From: Lingula anatina
Lineage: Eukaryota > Animalia > Brachiopoda
Assembly (NCBI GenBank): GCA_051362555.1
Contig: CM120640.1
Coordinates: forward strand, 28,730,503 to 28,794,502
DNA: 64,000 nucleotides
Direction: 5' to 3'
Below the pieces are notes generated by a model. It was not told the origin of the DNA. It made no database searches and worked only from the letters and a program-made list of their open reading frames with translations. The translations under genes and the position numbers were made by a program. Below are positions 24,851 through 38,688 of this stretch, one piece after another (the stretch's first letter is position 1; every line of letters begins with the position of its first letter).

Positions 24851-27115
24851 GCCGTCGCCGTCGTCGCTGTCGCCGTCGCTGTGCACTCAGCGATAACACG
24901 ATAAGTGGAATACCGTTTTACATTTTGTATTCAAATTTACAGAACTGATGAATATTCATAATACGCAGGTCAAGTTCAAAAATCAGCATGATCGGGCCAT
25001 TTTTAGGGAAGTTATGCTGTTTTTTCACTTTTTTTAGCATTATTATAACACCGATAACACGATAAGTGAAAAACATTCTTACTTTTTGGCTTGAAACTTA
25101 TAAAGCTGATGAATATTCATAATATGTAGGTCAAGTTCGAAAATCAGAGTTATCGGGTCAATTTTATGGAAGTAATGCTGTTTTTTCACTTTTTTCAGCA
25201 TATATGCAACACTGATAACACAATAAGTGAAAAAATGTTTTACCTTTTGGCTTGAAACTTACAGAATTGATGAATATTTATAATACGCAGGTCAAATTTG
25301 AAAATCAGCATGATCGGCCCATTTTAAGGGAAGTTATGCTGTTTTTTCACTTTTTTCAGCATATATGCAGCACTGATAACACAATATAAGATTAACAGAT
25401 GGGCAAATTGTCATTATACTCACAGGACTGGTCAATGTTACTAAAACGTAGGATGAGTTGGAAAAGCAGCATAATCGTGCCATTATTTTAGATGTTATGC
25501 TGTTTTTTCACATTTCCTCAGATTCAATTGTTAGGCATGTTAACAGTCTCATTATTGAACTAATAAGATACGTAAAAGTGTTTGTTTGACATTTCCTGCA
25601 TCTTTATAACATTGTTAGTTGATTATGTAAAAATGATGATAAACTTGTTATCGTGTATTATGTTATAAAGTGTCAAAAATGGAAATAAACTCATATCATT
25701 GCAGTTTGTCAGATTCAATCATCTACTATCTTCAGAATCTCAGAATGGAGGAAACTGGACATTTAAAATTGTTCTATTGATATTTTTCCTATGTCAACAA
25801 TTTTCTTAGTTGTTCATTTAAAAATGACAGTAAATTGATTATTTTGTTATATGAAAAAAAGGTGTTGAAAATAGAAAGAAAATCAATTCAATACAGTTAT
25901 CTCTTGTATACATTTTGGCATTTTGAAAGTGTGACTCTGAACTTCCATGGCCTTGAAGACCTTTCCATGGCACATTTTCTGTATATCCATGATACTTTTA
26001 TTTTATTATTAAAAATTGATGGTCATTATGTTATATTGCATAAAAGTTGAAGAAAACCCTATTTTGGAAATGGCTGCCGTAATGACCATTAAGGAAAAAC
26101 CATGTTACTTATGATACTCAAAGTTACTGAAAAGTTTCGTAAGACTGACGTGCAGTTTGTGTTGGAAAATCAGTGTGATTGTTTTCTGTTTTGGAAGCAA
26201 TGCAGCTCTATAGAGTGCTATATGGGGCTACTGTTTATGGATGGTGGTAATTGTCCCTTGGGGTAGTCACAAGCTAAATTCAGAGCTATTAAATCATTTG
26301 CCTAATTAATTTCCAAGTGCCCATTAAATAAGATTACATAAAACACACGTTGAGATTTCCCAGTAAAGTCCCATAGGTTAAGCTCTCTTAACTGTGTTAC
26401 ATAATTAGGAATCTGTGATAATTATGCAGGTAAATGTTGTTTAATATTGCAAATAAGTTAACAAAAGAAAAAATAATTTGAATAACAGTGCCTTATTATC
26501 CTCAAACACATTGGGGTTATTCATATCATGTTATTACAGCAAGATTAAAAGTTTGAATAGCAGCTTTAATGGGATATTTTTGTTGTGTTTTCTTTTTAAT
26601 TTATTTTTCAAACATTTCAAGCATTTTCAGCTCCCATCCACCTGAAGCTCTTCACATTTTCTGTATTTCCACATAAGCAGTTGCATTGGTTTTTATGTCT
26701 TTAAACATTATGTAATATTATTTTATGCACTGTCATCATTATTCAAATATTGGGATTTTCATTATGTGAATTTGGTCCTGAAACTGTAATCTTATTGCAG
26801 GGGCAGATTGAGACCATCTTCTGGGTCTTTCAGATTTTAAAGTTCACATTGATGGGTATCTGTTTTTTCTGTTGGAAGACCATCAAAAATGTAGGATGGA
26901 TCAACAAAGATAATTTGGAATACTGTCAGAAAATATCCCTGGATCCGCTCCTGTTATGGACGATGTCACCTGTTGTGCATGATTAAAATTCAGTGTTGAT
27001 TGACAGTGCTATTGTAGGCATGATTTATCATTGCATTAAAATTGACAAAATGAACCATTTTCTGCATTTTTATTTTCTGTTTTTGTCTGTACATTTGACA
27101 GCTTTGCTGCCTTGT
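24851..27115 (+). mobile_element. 5'-truncated HINE-type element, same insertion as 2461-9953 but without the nested copy
   Basis: Same 5' junction (gtagtgattgtag|gccgtcgcc), ~161-bp repeats and the same 3' end tgtctgtacatttgacagctttgctgccttgtt. Confidence 0.7.
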
Positions 27116-27710
27116 TTTTTTGTTTTTTTTTTTTAACATAGGTTGTCTATTGTACTAAATGAACACTGGATGGCTATCTGGGAAAAGTCTTGCCTTAGAG
27201 TCAATTTGATCTTTTTACGTCTTGTAACACAGCTTCAGGTATAAGATAACAATATATGGCCTCTTTCAGTCTCTATAAATATAAAAATGTAGTGATTGTA
27301 GCTTGGATAAATGATTGACTGTTACAAGTAAATTAATGAATGCAATTTTTTACATGCTTTCTTTTATTCAAAATATAAATTATATATATGAAATATGCAT
27401 GATTTGAGGAGAATTGACATCAGTATCATAAGTAATACAAATTCAGCAATTTATGTTGTAAAAAAAGAAATAATATTTAATGTTGTATATACTTTACATA
27501 CTGTATATATGTATGCTATTCTATTTACATATGTACAAATATTATGAAACAAAATTACATGTTTATTATGTACAATTTGTACAAGCTCTTTCTGGAATGC
27601 TAATAAATTCCCTTCAAAACTGCAGTGAATGGATGCATATACATGTACATGGCTATTTGCTTATGCACAATGTCCAAGTGATTTTTCTCATACAGTTGTG
27701 AACAGTCATT

Positions 27711-28092
27711 TCAGTATTTGACTAGCTGTCGCAGCTTGGTCATCACCCAAAACTTAAATTTCTTCATCCTGCTAAGGCTATAAGGATGGGTGTCTTCCTG
27801 GGCTTGGACACTATATATCAAGGAAAAAGTTTATATGTAAAATGGGGCACATATTTTCTCTGTAAAGAATTTTATTAAGACATATTTATAGATCTTGATT
27901 ATAATGCACTTGGGATGATTATAAAACCATCTAACTCACTTGTTACAACTTACTTTACATTCAAATCTGCCATCATCCAATTGAAAATAATTTAATTGTT
28001 TTATAAAATTTGAACACAATACCTTAATTCTCCCTCAGTAGATGTACCTAATTTTTCATCATCATCATCATCAAGATCAATTTCTACAAACC
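27711..28092 (-). other. Duplicate exon 5'/6' pair downstream of copy C with mutually compensating +4/+8 insertions
   Basis: Exon 5' 28023-28092 (70 nt, AAG acceptor) and exon 6' 27711-27810 (100 nt). Spliced: GFVEIDLDDDDDEKLGTSTEGELSVQAQEDTHPYSLSRMKKFKFWVMTKLRQLVKY*. Confidence 0.55.
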
Positions 28093-28545
28093 CTTGTGGG
28101 GAAAAAAGAAATGTTTGATTCGAAAATTTTGATTCTTGAAACATTTGAGTTTTGTATTAATCTTATCATTCACAGCAATAGTGGCAGTATTTATATTTTC
28201 TCATTCTAGGAAAGTTAAAAGAACTGGGGAACATGGTACTTAAGCCCTTAAAATGGAATGTCTACTGACAATTTCAAATCACAGCAAGATCCAAATACAG
28301 GACCATATTCTGTGCAGTAAATTTTTGAGTTATTATTATTATTGAAGTGTAGCAATTTCAGTTGATAGAATGATTTCCCTAGATTGGTTCACTATTTAAA
28401 ATATATAATTTAAACAACATTTTATGACAAAGGCTGTGATAATTTTTCTTTGTTTAAAGGTTGTGTTCAATTTGGCATGCATTGATACAAGGTATGTATT
28501 AAGGGCGTTTTCTTTGAGGCATTTGAAATAAAAATCTCTTTTCGG

Positions 28546-29395
28546 AAACAGTACAAAAAGGCTATTGAAGACTGTACCAAAGCACTAGAACTTAATCCTT
28601 ATTATCTCAAAGCACTTTTAAGGAGGGCAGAAATGTATGAAAAGACTGAAAAATTAGATGAGGCATTAGAGGATTACAAAAAAGTAATTGAAATGGATCC
28701 AACACAACATACTGCAAGGGAAGCATGTATTGTAAGTCTGGTATCATAAAAACGGTCTCAAATACTTTAGATTTGTGTTACATGGTTTTCTGTAATGTGT
28801 CAATGTGTAGTAAGTGAAATTTAAAAATGATGTTCATATATGTTTAAAAGCATCGCAATAGAAAAAAAATGCTAATAGTACTAAAGTGTAACAGTGCAAT
28901 ATTCACTTAAATTTAAAGATATTAAAATAATTACAAGTCAGCAAATTTTTTTTATTCATAAGAGAACTAATCAGTGAACTTTTGAATCTGATTGAATCTG
29001 TGTTTATTTTCATATCTTCAGCGATTGCCACAGCAAATTACAGAAAGAAATGAGAAAATGAAAGATGAAATGATAGGTAATTTATATCTTTCAGTCCTAC
29101 ATTTTGAAATATTTTACATTAAAGCAAAATCTTTTAGACTGGTCTTCTGCTCTTTGATTTCAATAAAAATCAACATATTTATTAAAAATTTGATTCTTGA
29201 AACATTTGAGTTTTGTATTCATCTTATCATTCAGAGCAATAGTGGAAGTATTTATATTTTCTCATTCTAGGAAAGTTAAAAGAACTGGGGAACATGGTAC
29301 TAAAGCCCTTTGGAATGTCAACTGACAATTTCAAATTACAGCAAGATCCAAATACAGGATCATATTCTGTGCAGTTTCAACAAAATGCAAAATAG
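28546..29395 (+). pseudogene. TTC1: TTC1 3' fragment: exons 28546-28731, 29022-29076, 29271-29395
   Basis: Open TTC1 C-terminal translation ending [41 protein letters not shown]. The acceptor of the first exon is mutated (ttttcGG); no 5' exons. Confidence 0.85.
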
Positions 29396-30425
29396 ATTTT
29401 TAAAAAAATATCAAGGGTGGTGATCCTTTATACCACAAGTAAAAGTTTTCCATGTATTTATCCAGTCAGAAGAAGCTGCAATTAGAACTTTTCTAAAATA
29501 GAGAACGTAGCTGGCTTCATCATCCTTCAGATGGCTTAAATGGTTTAGCTCAGTAGCAAGGATTGTTCTGATATTTATCAACTTGTTTAAAAGGGTACCA
29601 CACAGCAGATATTCTTAACATTAGCCAACAAAAAACTATAAAGGATAAAGATAAGAATTTGCTTGATTGGCAAAATGACTGCTCAGGCATGGTTTTTTTT
29701 AAATATTAATTTAAGGTGATTTTAAAATATTTTTTTCCAAAATGAAGCCTCGATGCCCATATCTTGTCTGTCTACATAAGGAAGCAGTGCTGTGTCATCA
29801 ATAGGTGCTGATGGTGAGAGAAAATCTGATTGTAAATAGATTAAGACAAGGCGCCTTTTTAACTTTTAGAGCAAGCAGGAAAGAAAAGACATCTATTTAT
29901 CCAAGAGAAAGAAATGCAGATTGTCCTTAGAGTACAATTCTTTTTATATCTGTTCGAGTTAAAGAAAACAATTTATGGCCTCATTCACAGTCTCATTTGA
30001 GTTGGTTGTAGTTCACTTGAATAAAAGACTGATTGCAACAATAAAACAATGCAATTTATTGTCTTTATGTGATTTCTTTATTATAAATAAAATTATATAT
30101 ATAAATGATATGTACATAACTTTTGACATAAATATAATAAATGTGTACAAATTAAGTAACTGATGCTGCAAAACAATAATAATGAACAATTTTTTATATA
30201 TATTTACCATGGTATTCTATTTAACATATGTACAAACATGAAACAAAATTTCATGTTTACTATATACAACGTGAACAAGTAAAAGCTCTCAAGATTGTTC
30301 ATAATGTCCATTGCAGTTAATGGGTGCATATACATGGGTGGCGTTTCATGTATGTACAGTGTTTAAGTTATTTTTTTCATTCAGTTTTTATGAAAAAAAA
30401 AAAAAGAAAAGGAAGAACAGTCAGT

Positions 30426-31225
30426 TTAGTAACGGATTAACTGTCTCAGCTTTGTGAGTATCCAATATTTTATTTTCTTCATCCTACTTAGTATAGCTTT
30501 CCTTTGGGGCTTGGACACTATATAAAGGAAAAGCATATATGTGAAATGAGGCTCATATTATCTCTTTGAAAAATTTCATTGAGGTATTCTCTTCACATCT
30601 TGATACTTATACACATACCAAATTTAGAACGGGAATGTTAAGAAGAATGGAAAAAAATTTACATTGAATTCTGCTAGTTGCTGAATAATGAAATAAAATA
30701 CCTTTTCCCTCTGTAGTCGGAGCTAATTTTTCATCATCAAGAGGGATTTCTACAAATCCTGTGGAAAAATAAAAATTACTGTAAAGGCTTAATATCATGG
30801 TGCCGTATTAGAATTGTAGTTATATTTGTGTAAGGAAAGGATCTTTTCTATTAGAATACAATTTGTTAAATACGCTTTGCTTGGGTGAAAAAAAAAGTAG
30901 AATAACCTTTGCACTTCACAACATTTGAGTAGCTAACTGTCACTTAAGAAAAAAAAAGTTCTGAACAGTTTTGGGTTTCATATTTACCAGGGCCGTAGCC
31001 TGAGCAAAATGCCAGGGGGGGCAGTAAGCGGACACGAGGGGGCGAAGCCCCGGAGGGGGGAGGGTGTGTCCCCCTCCCACGATTGTTGAATGATTGTCTA
31101 GTGGCCATGAGTGCATTTTCTCACAGAATTGATACCAACTTTGCAATTATTTTTTTACCTTTGCGATTATTATTTATTTTTTTTTTTTTTTGCACCTCAA
31201 ATCCCAGGAGGGGCAGCTGCCCCCC

Positions 31226-31260
<35 letters not shown>

Positions 31261-32591
31261 AGGCTACGGCCCTGTTTACATGTTAGATTAAAGTCCTGAT
31301 ACTATACCTTGATCAATACCGCTTTCCTTTTCCCAAAATGTTCGACAGCCAAAGGTAGAATCTGTCTGCACAAACACAGCCTCTCTCTGTACCAGCTCTG
31401 GGACTAGAACACCACTGCTGGGTGTAAGTTTTCTCGGGTGATAGATGCCCTCCACAGCTGGAAAAAGGTAAAATCATGGAAATTTATGCTGTCTAAATAC
31501 AAGCTATATTAATAAATGAATGGAAAGGGTCCATATCTGCTTTAGAAAAAACAATCATAAAAATTCCTTGTATCTCAGGCATTTGTTTTATACTATTTCC
31601 AACGCTGCAAATTTACAAACATGAAGGTAGGCTTTTACCTTGAAGTACACAGTCATCTTTTCCAAAACATGTACAGCAGCCATTTGTGGAAACTGCCTGT
31701 ACAAATACATTGTCTTTTTGTTCCTGCTTTGGAACTAGAACAGCAACACTGGGTGTACTGTTTTGTGGATGGTAAATGCCCTTAAGGACTGGAAATGAAA
31801 AATAAATATTGATGTTAGATTCATTCATCTTTAATAACAGTACTAGTCATATCAAAAATAAAAGATGTACTTCTGATTGTGAAATACTTCAGATGCAAAC
31901 AGTTGCCCATAGCTATTTTCTCACCTTTTTCATCACTCCATCTTTCTATCATTTCCATAACAAAGGACTCCAATTTTAACATTTTAAACTGAAAATGTTG
32001 AGAAAATAAAAAATAAAATAAAAAATTAAATAAACAAAAAATAAGAAAAAGAATAAATAATTTTTTTAAAAAATGAAAGAAAGTAAGAAAAAGAAAGACA
32101 GATAAAAATAATCAAACCAATGGATAACAATGAAAGCAAATATAAATGTTATGACAGATAATTGCAACTCGAACATTAAATTAAGGAAATCTAGGAAACT
32201 TTCAAAACGTACGTAAGATAAAACCCCAATCAAGGAAGTTTTCGATAAAAACAATTTATTTGGCTTGTCTTAATTTGGTGTTTATTTACTTTATTTACGA
32301 AGGTTCTTCTGCTGTTTTTTTTTTAATTTAATTTTGTTCAATTTTTTAAAACTTTCAAACGTCCAAAGCTGTAGATCTAAATGTCCGCGAGAAGTTTTTG
32401 CATATAGCCGTACGAAAATTTCTTTTGCCGATTTTTCGTAAAATGTATGCCCACATGCATAAAAAACATTTTAGAAGAAAAGTAACTGGCGTGATTTAAT
32501 TACTCTAACATATAAAACATCATAAAAATATCATCGTCTTTGATTAAATGAAAATATCTTCCTGAATTTTTTCGATACTCACCTCGCTCAT
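30426..32591 (-). CDS. Six-exon gene of unknown function, copy C, 173 aa
   Basis: Exons 32583-32591, 31925-31988, 31639-31788, 31308-31457, 30702-30758, 30426-30517; GT-AG, open frame. Last exon identical to copy A. A MITE sits in intron 4. Confidence 0.8.
30988..31274. mobile_element. 287-bp MITE in intron 4 of copy C
   Basis: 14-bp TIR cagggccgtagcct / aggctacggccctg with a 5-bp TSD tttac. The empty site catatttacatgttag is at ~44423-44438. Confidence 0.85.
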
Positions 32592-33297
32592 TGAAAAAAT
32601 GCGCAAATCTGCCGCTTTTGTTGCTAGGCACGCTCTCCAATGTGATTGGCTGAAAGTTCGCTGAAACTCGAGCGTTTACGTTTTTCTCCGCCTCCAACAT
32701 ACATGCAATGGAAAAGAGTGACGCAGACGCCTGAAATATTTCACAATATTTGATCGGTTGTCAGGATTCCATATCCCGTAATGAGTGATGGGTGCTAGCA
32801 AATATACATTTCATTACAAAATAGGCACGTTGCCAAAGATGGTATGTCTTTTTCTCAGTCAGAATTCTCTGATATTCTCGTTTTGTTCGTTCAAATATGG
32901 CAATATCCAAGGAATAATTTACACATGAAATTAAGCTTCTTTCATTATCATTTTAGAACTTCAAAACACAATTTTGAAAGCTACGAGGACTTATATTTGC
33001 GTACGTCTTTGACCTCATAACTACCAACCCGTAATTTTATTTATTTTTCAAATTCACGTGGAATTTGCTGAGCAAAAAGTCATTTTGAAAGTCAGCTTTT
33101 ACAAAAGTTGTCTTTTTTTTATGTACTTTAACTGTGTTCGCCCCATCAGTGCCAAACCGTATTTTTGTTCTACTTCATTTTTGGGTACTTTTGTAGTATA
33201 TACCCCCCCCCCCCCCCCCCCACCCCCACTCTGTAACTTTCACTTTTCAAATAGTTTTTTACATTTTCCTGTTCATCTATGTCAAAACTGTTAAAAT

Positions 33298-36200
33298 CAG
33301 TAGGACACATACTGTCGATGCGGAGTGATATAACGTCGTTTTCTCGCGCCAGGACGTAACGTCGGGCTCAAATTTTGTAAAAAATTAAACTTGGTCGAAA
33401 AATGGCTATATACTTTAAATAAATGCATACTTAGCAAGTCTAATACGATATTATGATTGTGGGGTATGTAGACTTCATATTCACGTAGCCTTCTACTGAA
33501 ATTTTGTCGTTTAGAGTGAGCTTGCGTTCGTCAAAGTCGCACTGAGCGGTAAAATTTGACCTTGGCAACATCGTAACTTTGGCCACTATTCCTCAACTAG
33601 AGAGTGTGCGGGAAATTCCGGATAAGAGATAACGTATCTTTTAATCAATGTTGTATGTATAAAGAATTATTAAAATTCATCTTTGGAAACAAATGTTGCA
33701 GAATTTTTGTACCAAAAATCGTGCAAAATCCAGGTTTTTGCGTCATCCATGACCCAAGACGGGCCCAACTCGGCGTTTGTTTACATTTGCAGATGTACTT
33801 TATTTTGGCGATTATCACCGGTTATTTTGGATATTATTACAGTTTTCAATTGATAGTCAAACAATGCGTGTCAGTTTCATATCTAACTTGTAAATTTAAT
33901 ATTGTTGCACCTTCTTTTTCTATGCCCTACTACCGGTACATGTACTTTGCACGTTTCAATGTTACTTATGAAATTATGTTGGTAATTGAACATTTCTGAA
34001 TCAAAAACTTAAGTTTAAAATAAAACAAAGTTGTTTTTCTTTATTTTGCTCAGACAAATTCATCGTTTCTTAAATGAATATTTTAAAGGGTTAACAACTG
34101 TTTGTATGAGATTCACATTTAAGAATAAATAGTGTAAAGAACCCATAGGAATACAATATATATATTCCATTTTACCACCAAAATGGTATTTTCACAATTA
34201 TTTTGGAAACTGTTCTTGCCATCCAATCACATTGTGGCTGTACTCTGTAATAATCTTTTGAAATATTAAAATTAATTAAAAAATTACAGTACAGACTAAT
34301 TTTGAATGTCAAAACTGAAATTGGTAACTATTGGTAAGAAGGGGGAAATTGTCATTTACTCCAGGAGAATCCATTTCGGGCTGATATGAACAGTTACCTC
34401 TTTTATAGTCAATAAAAAACAAAGGGTAAAAAAACAACAGGATATAATTTTATTTTCAAAACAATGGTACAAGTATACATGCACAGGAAGTCCATATGCA
34501 TGGGCGCTAGTAAGTACACAAAGTATTTAGTTATACAAAGTGTGTAAAAATGTAAAATTAAAAAAATACATAAATAAAAACAAAAAATATTTCCAAAATT
34601 AATATAAAATTTTCACTTTCATTGCACTAGGTTGAACTTAATGACTTTCCTATTTTTTTTTTTTTTTTTTTTTGCTGAAGAAATTTTCATACATGTTCCG
34701 TCTTCAAATGCATTATCACAAAATATATAAGCTATCCTTTTAAGACTTAAAATAAGAGAAAAATATGATGATCACCAAGGACAATTTATGTCTTTATTCA
34801 AAACAGTTTCATATGCTTGTATTTGATATCTGATATTAAAATATGGGAATATGTAACTTGCTTCCTAAAAGGGCTCTACCTGTATTTGTGAACACCAGGC
34901 ATTATATACTAGATATAAATGGATGTGGACTGTAAATATATTCAAAATACCTCTTTTACTATTTTGACATTTTTTTTTCTTTTTAAATTCTTGTTTGAAT
35001 GTGAAAAGCAGTCTGGCTCCTGGGAGTACAATTAGAAAAAAATGTGTCCATAATAACACTTGTTTGCAACACTGCCATCCAATTATCTTAAAGAAATACC
35101 ACCGAAGTCATATTTCTTTTTAAAAATTCAATTTTTAATGTTTCAAAAAATGTAAGTGCTGCCAAAGAATACTTTGATAACCAATTTTCACTAGGGCTTG
35201 GTGACAGTTTTTTAATATGACTAATAGGAATGCATGATAATGATGCAGCATATCATCGTGATCACTTTTCAGGGCACTTCAAAGCTTGGCAGAGATTCTG
35301 TAATATCTGAAAAAACTGTTCTTCTTTTATCTGGAAAAGAAAATCAGAATAAATTCAGAATTTACAATTCCATGCAACTAAAAGTAAAAACAATCTGTTT
35401 ACACCCCTTTTCAATATATAGGTCAATTTAACATAAAAAAATTGACTAACAATGAGCGAGGGTCGGAAGATATGTCCAAGTGGTACTTAACTAACACAAG
35501 TCTAGGAACTCACATAATAAAATAATAAATACTGGCTTTATCTTTTTTCATACAGAATCTTAGAACCATATGACATTCTCCAATAGATCTACTTCATTTT
35601 AACTTAAGTAAAAAATCTACAACTTCAACAGTAAGCGAGTATGGTGTATAAATGTCTCAACTTTCATTTTCATACCTGTACTAGCAAGTCATTGATTTTG
35701 AAATTTTCAATGATTTATAAAATAAACCCTACACTTTCAAATGGACCTTTATACTAACAAGGCAGCAAAGCTGTCAAATGTACAGACAAAAAACAGAAAA
35801 TAAAGATGCAAACAAGCCAAAAGGTAAAATGGTTTTCCATTTATGGTGTTATCGGTGCTGTATATATGCTGAAAAAAGAGAAAAAATAGCCTTAATTCAC
35901 TAAAAATGACACAATCACGCTGATTTTCGAACTTGACCTGAGTATTATGAATATTCATCAGTTCTGTAAGTTTCAAGCCAAAAGAAAAAACAGTTTTCCA
36001 CTTATGGTGTTATCAGTAAAAGTGCACGGCGACGACGGCGACGACAGACGCAGATGACGGCTATATGTACAGACACATCTGTGTCTGTACATAAAAATGA
36101 GTGTTAACTGATCATGAAAAAAGCTCATAGTACATAAATACTTCTACCATTCTAAATGTATATACAAACATCTTTTTCCTTACATCAATGTTAGAAAGTT

Positions 36201-37645
36201 TTTAAATTTTTATCAGCCTGAAAAAAAGACAAGGGAAATGTTAAATCTTGCCAAATACTCCCCTGATCTATTGCTAATTATTACAAATAAAAGGTGATGT
36301 ATTCATAATTCAATCAATATATACAACTCTCAAGCACATTATCTATGCTTCACATGACAGGTGCTCGCAATGCTACGTTATACAGCTACAGTACACGTAC
36401 GTACTAATTAAGGCACATATGTCGTTATGTAATATTAGTATTCTAAATAACACTAGATCAAAAGTTATTATTAAACTGAACTGTAGTCGGAGTTAGATTA
36501 CTCTGAATGAGCCTGCGTCGGTCACACGGTGCACATTTTAACAACAAATCTACAAGATACAATGTATAACAAATGTGTTTGATTATGTACAGTATGTAGT
36601 GGAGCGAAACTAGCACATTTCTCGTAATAAAAAACATTAATATATATTTTAAAATCTAAATAATTTGCATACGTACCTGATAATGAGTCTCTGACATGCT
36701 ATAAATATGTGGGTTCCATATTTCAGCAAGGATAAAAATCATAACTTGCCGCACAACCTACTTCACCTGTCCCTGCCTCGTGGTAAATTGCGGGGTTTCG
36801 TTGGAAAGCACCTCAGTTCACCTCTCGTTTAGTGGGCGGGATTTCGGTAAATTTACTAAATTTGTATTAAGTTTTTGGTCTTTGATAAAAGAAATGTTTA
36901 TTCTGTTTCTTAAACTTATATTTGACTTAATATGGGTCTATAAAGGTGCTTTTTAGCACCCAAATCTGCGCGTCACATGATTTGTATCACATGACTTTTT
37001 TGAACTTCCACAGTTCAAGGTCAAAAAAATACTGTCGTAGCAAGTTATGGAACATCATTGCTTTGCGTGAAAATTGAGGTTAGTCACTAACTTTTTTGGA
37101 TGAATAAACGTAATTTTAAGTTCGGGAAATGAATGAGATGTGCACTCTTATCGGAGGTGCCTCAGGGGAGAAATTTTGCTCTGTTTTTTCACAACTTTTC
37201 GGATTTTCTGTCGAGACTTCTTAACCAGAGAGTGTGCGGGAAATTCCCTTCAAAATCGAAAACCTGGATATATATTCGACCATTTTATTAATTTTAAGCC
37301 AATTTCGTATTTGGAAACAATTTCCTTGCAATATAGTCCCTCGCTATACAAAAGCATTTTCGGACACGTAAAATTTTCAGTTTTCTTGATTCGGAGAGAA
37401 ATAATTGTAACTCTGTACAGTGCATTGACAAAAGCTTACAGTTTTTCAATAGACGGATAACTCCTCGTTTAGTCTCTAAAATATGGAAAGTCAATTCACT
37501 GTAGTTTTTTCGCACAGTTTATTTATTTCAGACGTACGCATTTTTCATCGCGCCGCTTTTTTGGCGCTATTTCGTGACGCGGATGTACCAAAAAATCCAT
37601 GACGTTTCAAATCACACCTAAATCCTGACAGTATGTGTCCTACTG
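33298..37645. mobile_element. 4.3-kb non-autonomous or decayed TIR DNA transposon (possibly Sola1-like)
   Basis: 19-bp perfect TIR cagtaggacacatactgtc / gacagtatgtgtcctactg with a 4-bp TSD AAAT; empty site at ~15231-15245. No intact ORF. A stop-riddled minus-strand stretch near 34750-34840 (ISDIKYKHMKLF...DHHIF) faintly recalls Sola-type transposase C-termini. Superfamily is tentative. Confidence 0.75.
35756..36097 (-). mobile_element. Short (~340-bp) HINE-type element nested in the 4.3-kb transposon
   Basis: Reverse complement of both HINE termini (aacaaggcagcaaagctgtcaaatgtacagaca ... tgtacagacacatctgtgtctgtacataaaaa) with about one central monomer. Confidence 0.75.
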
Positions 37646-38688
37646 AAATAGAATGTTTTTGTAAATACCTGTGGTCTTGACTGCAAGATGCATGGTAGAT
37701 TTTCACATTGTATTTCAATGGGCTGGATTAAACTTGATTAAAACTCGAAAAAAGACCACAGGTAATTATTTAAACAGCTTTGACATAGATGAACAAGTAA
37801 ATGTAAAATATTATGAAAATCTGCTTGAAAAGTGAAAGTTACAGGGTGGGGGGGGGTATACTTCAAAAGTACCCATTTTTGTTGAGGTTTTTTGTTCAGG
37901 AAAAAGACCCCTTTCACTCTTTTATATATCAGCATAATAAAAAAAGCTTTAAAATATCTTGTAACACAGCTTCATGTAGACTTAAAGGGCCTAGCAATTA
38001 AATCTCAGAGTGGTTTTATTTTATCTTTAAATCCTATATAGGCCACTGTAAGGATGGCATGTGTGGTAGGTGGGGGAAACCATTAAGGGAGTATGAGGCT
38101 TTGCTTTCAAGTAGGTCCACCATATTTGATCCTTGAAACAGTTAGTCCTAGGATCAAACTGTATTGAATGCGGCCCTAGATCCAATTCAACATGCTGTGG
38201 GGGAAGCATGCATTGTAAGTGTAGTATTACAAATACTTGTCTTAGGTATTGCAGATTTTTGTTATGTTGTGTTTTTATGTGTAGTAAAACCAAATATGAA
38301 AACATTGTATTTCAAAAAAGTGCATGTGGGAATACAATATTAGAAAACAGAGGTTACCATAGCAATTTGAAGAAAAAATTATAAAAGAAAGATGCACTGA
38401 TAGGTTAATTTTTATTTCAGCTGAGTTATTTTAACACTACAGTACCAGTACATTTTGAAATACTTTATATAAAAGCAAAACTTTTAGACTGGTCTTCTGC
38501 TCATTGATTTTAATAGCAGTCAACATATTTATTAAAACTTTGATTCTCTTTACATTTGAGTTTTGTATTAATTAATCATCTCATTTTTGAGTTTTTGGTT
38601 TTATTGACAGAATTGGCAGCTCTAGCATGGATTTTTTTAAAATATAAATTTAGGGTGTTCTTAAAATATTTCCTGCCAAAATAAATTC

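Larger units (their letters stand above)
33183..37874. mobile_element. Second copy of the 346-bp long-TIR MITE, split by a 4.3-kb transposon
   Basis: gggtac start at 33183, gtaccc end at 37874, ATTTTT flanks. The two halves match 15131-15476. Confidence 0.75.

Noticed and set aside
31083-31299. Poly-proline ORFs (also 20179-20475 and 33058-33294)
   Set aside because: Produced by poly-C/G runs and microsatellites inside MITEs and the Tc1 remnant.
33604-37515. ORFs of 106-131 aa inside the 4.3-kb transposon as a possible transposase or cargo gene
   Set aside because: No recognisable motifs and non-ATG starts; only faint stop-riddled transposase-like traces elsewhere in the element.
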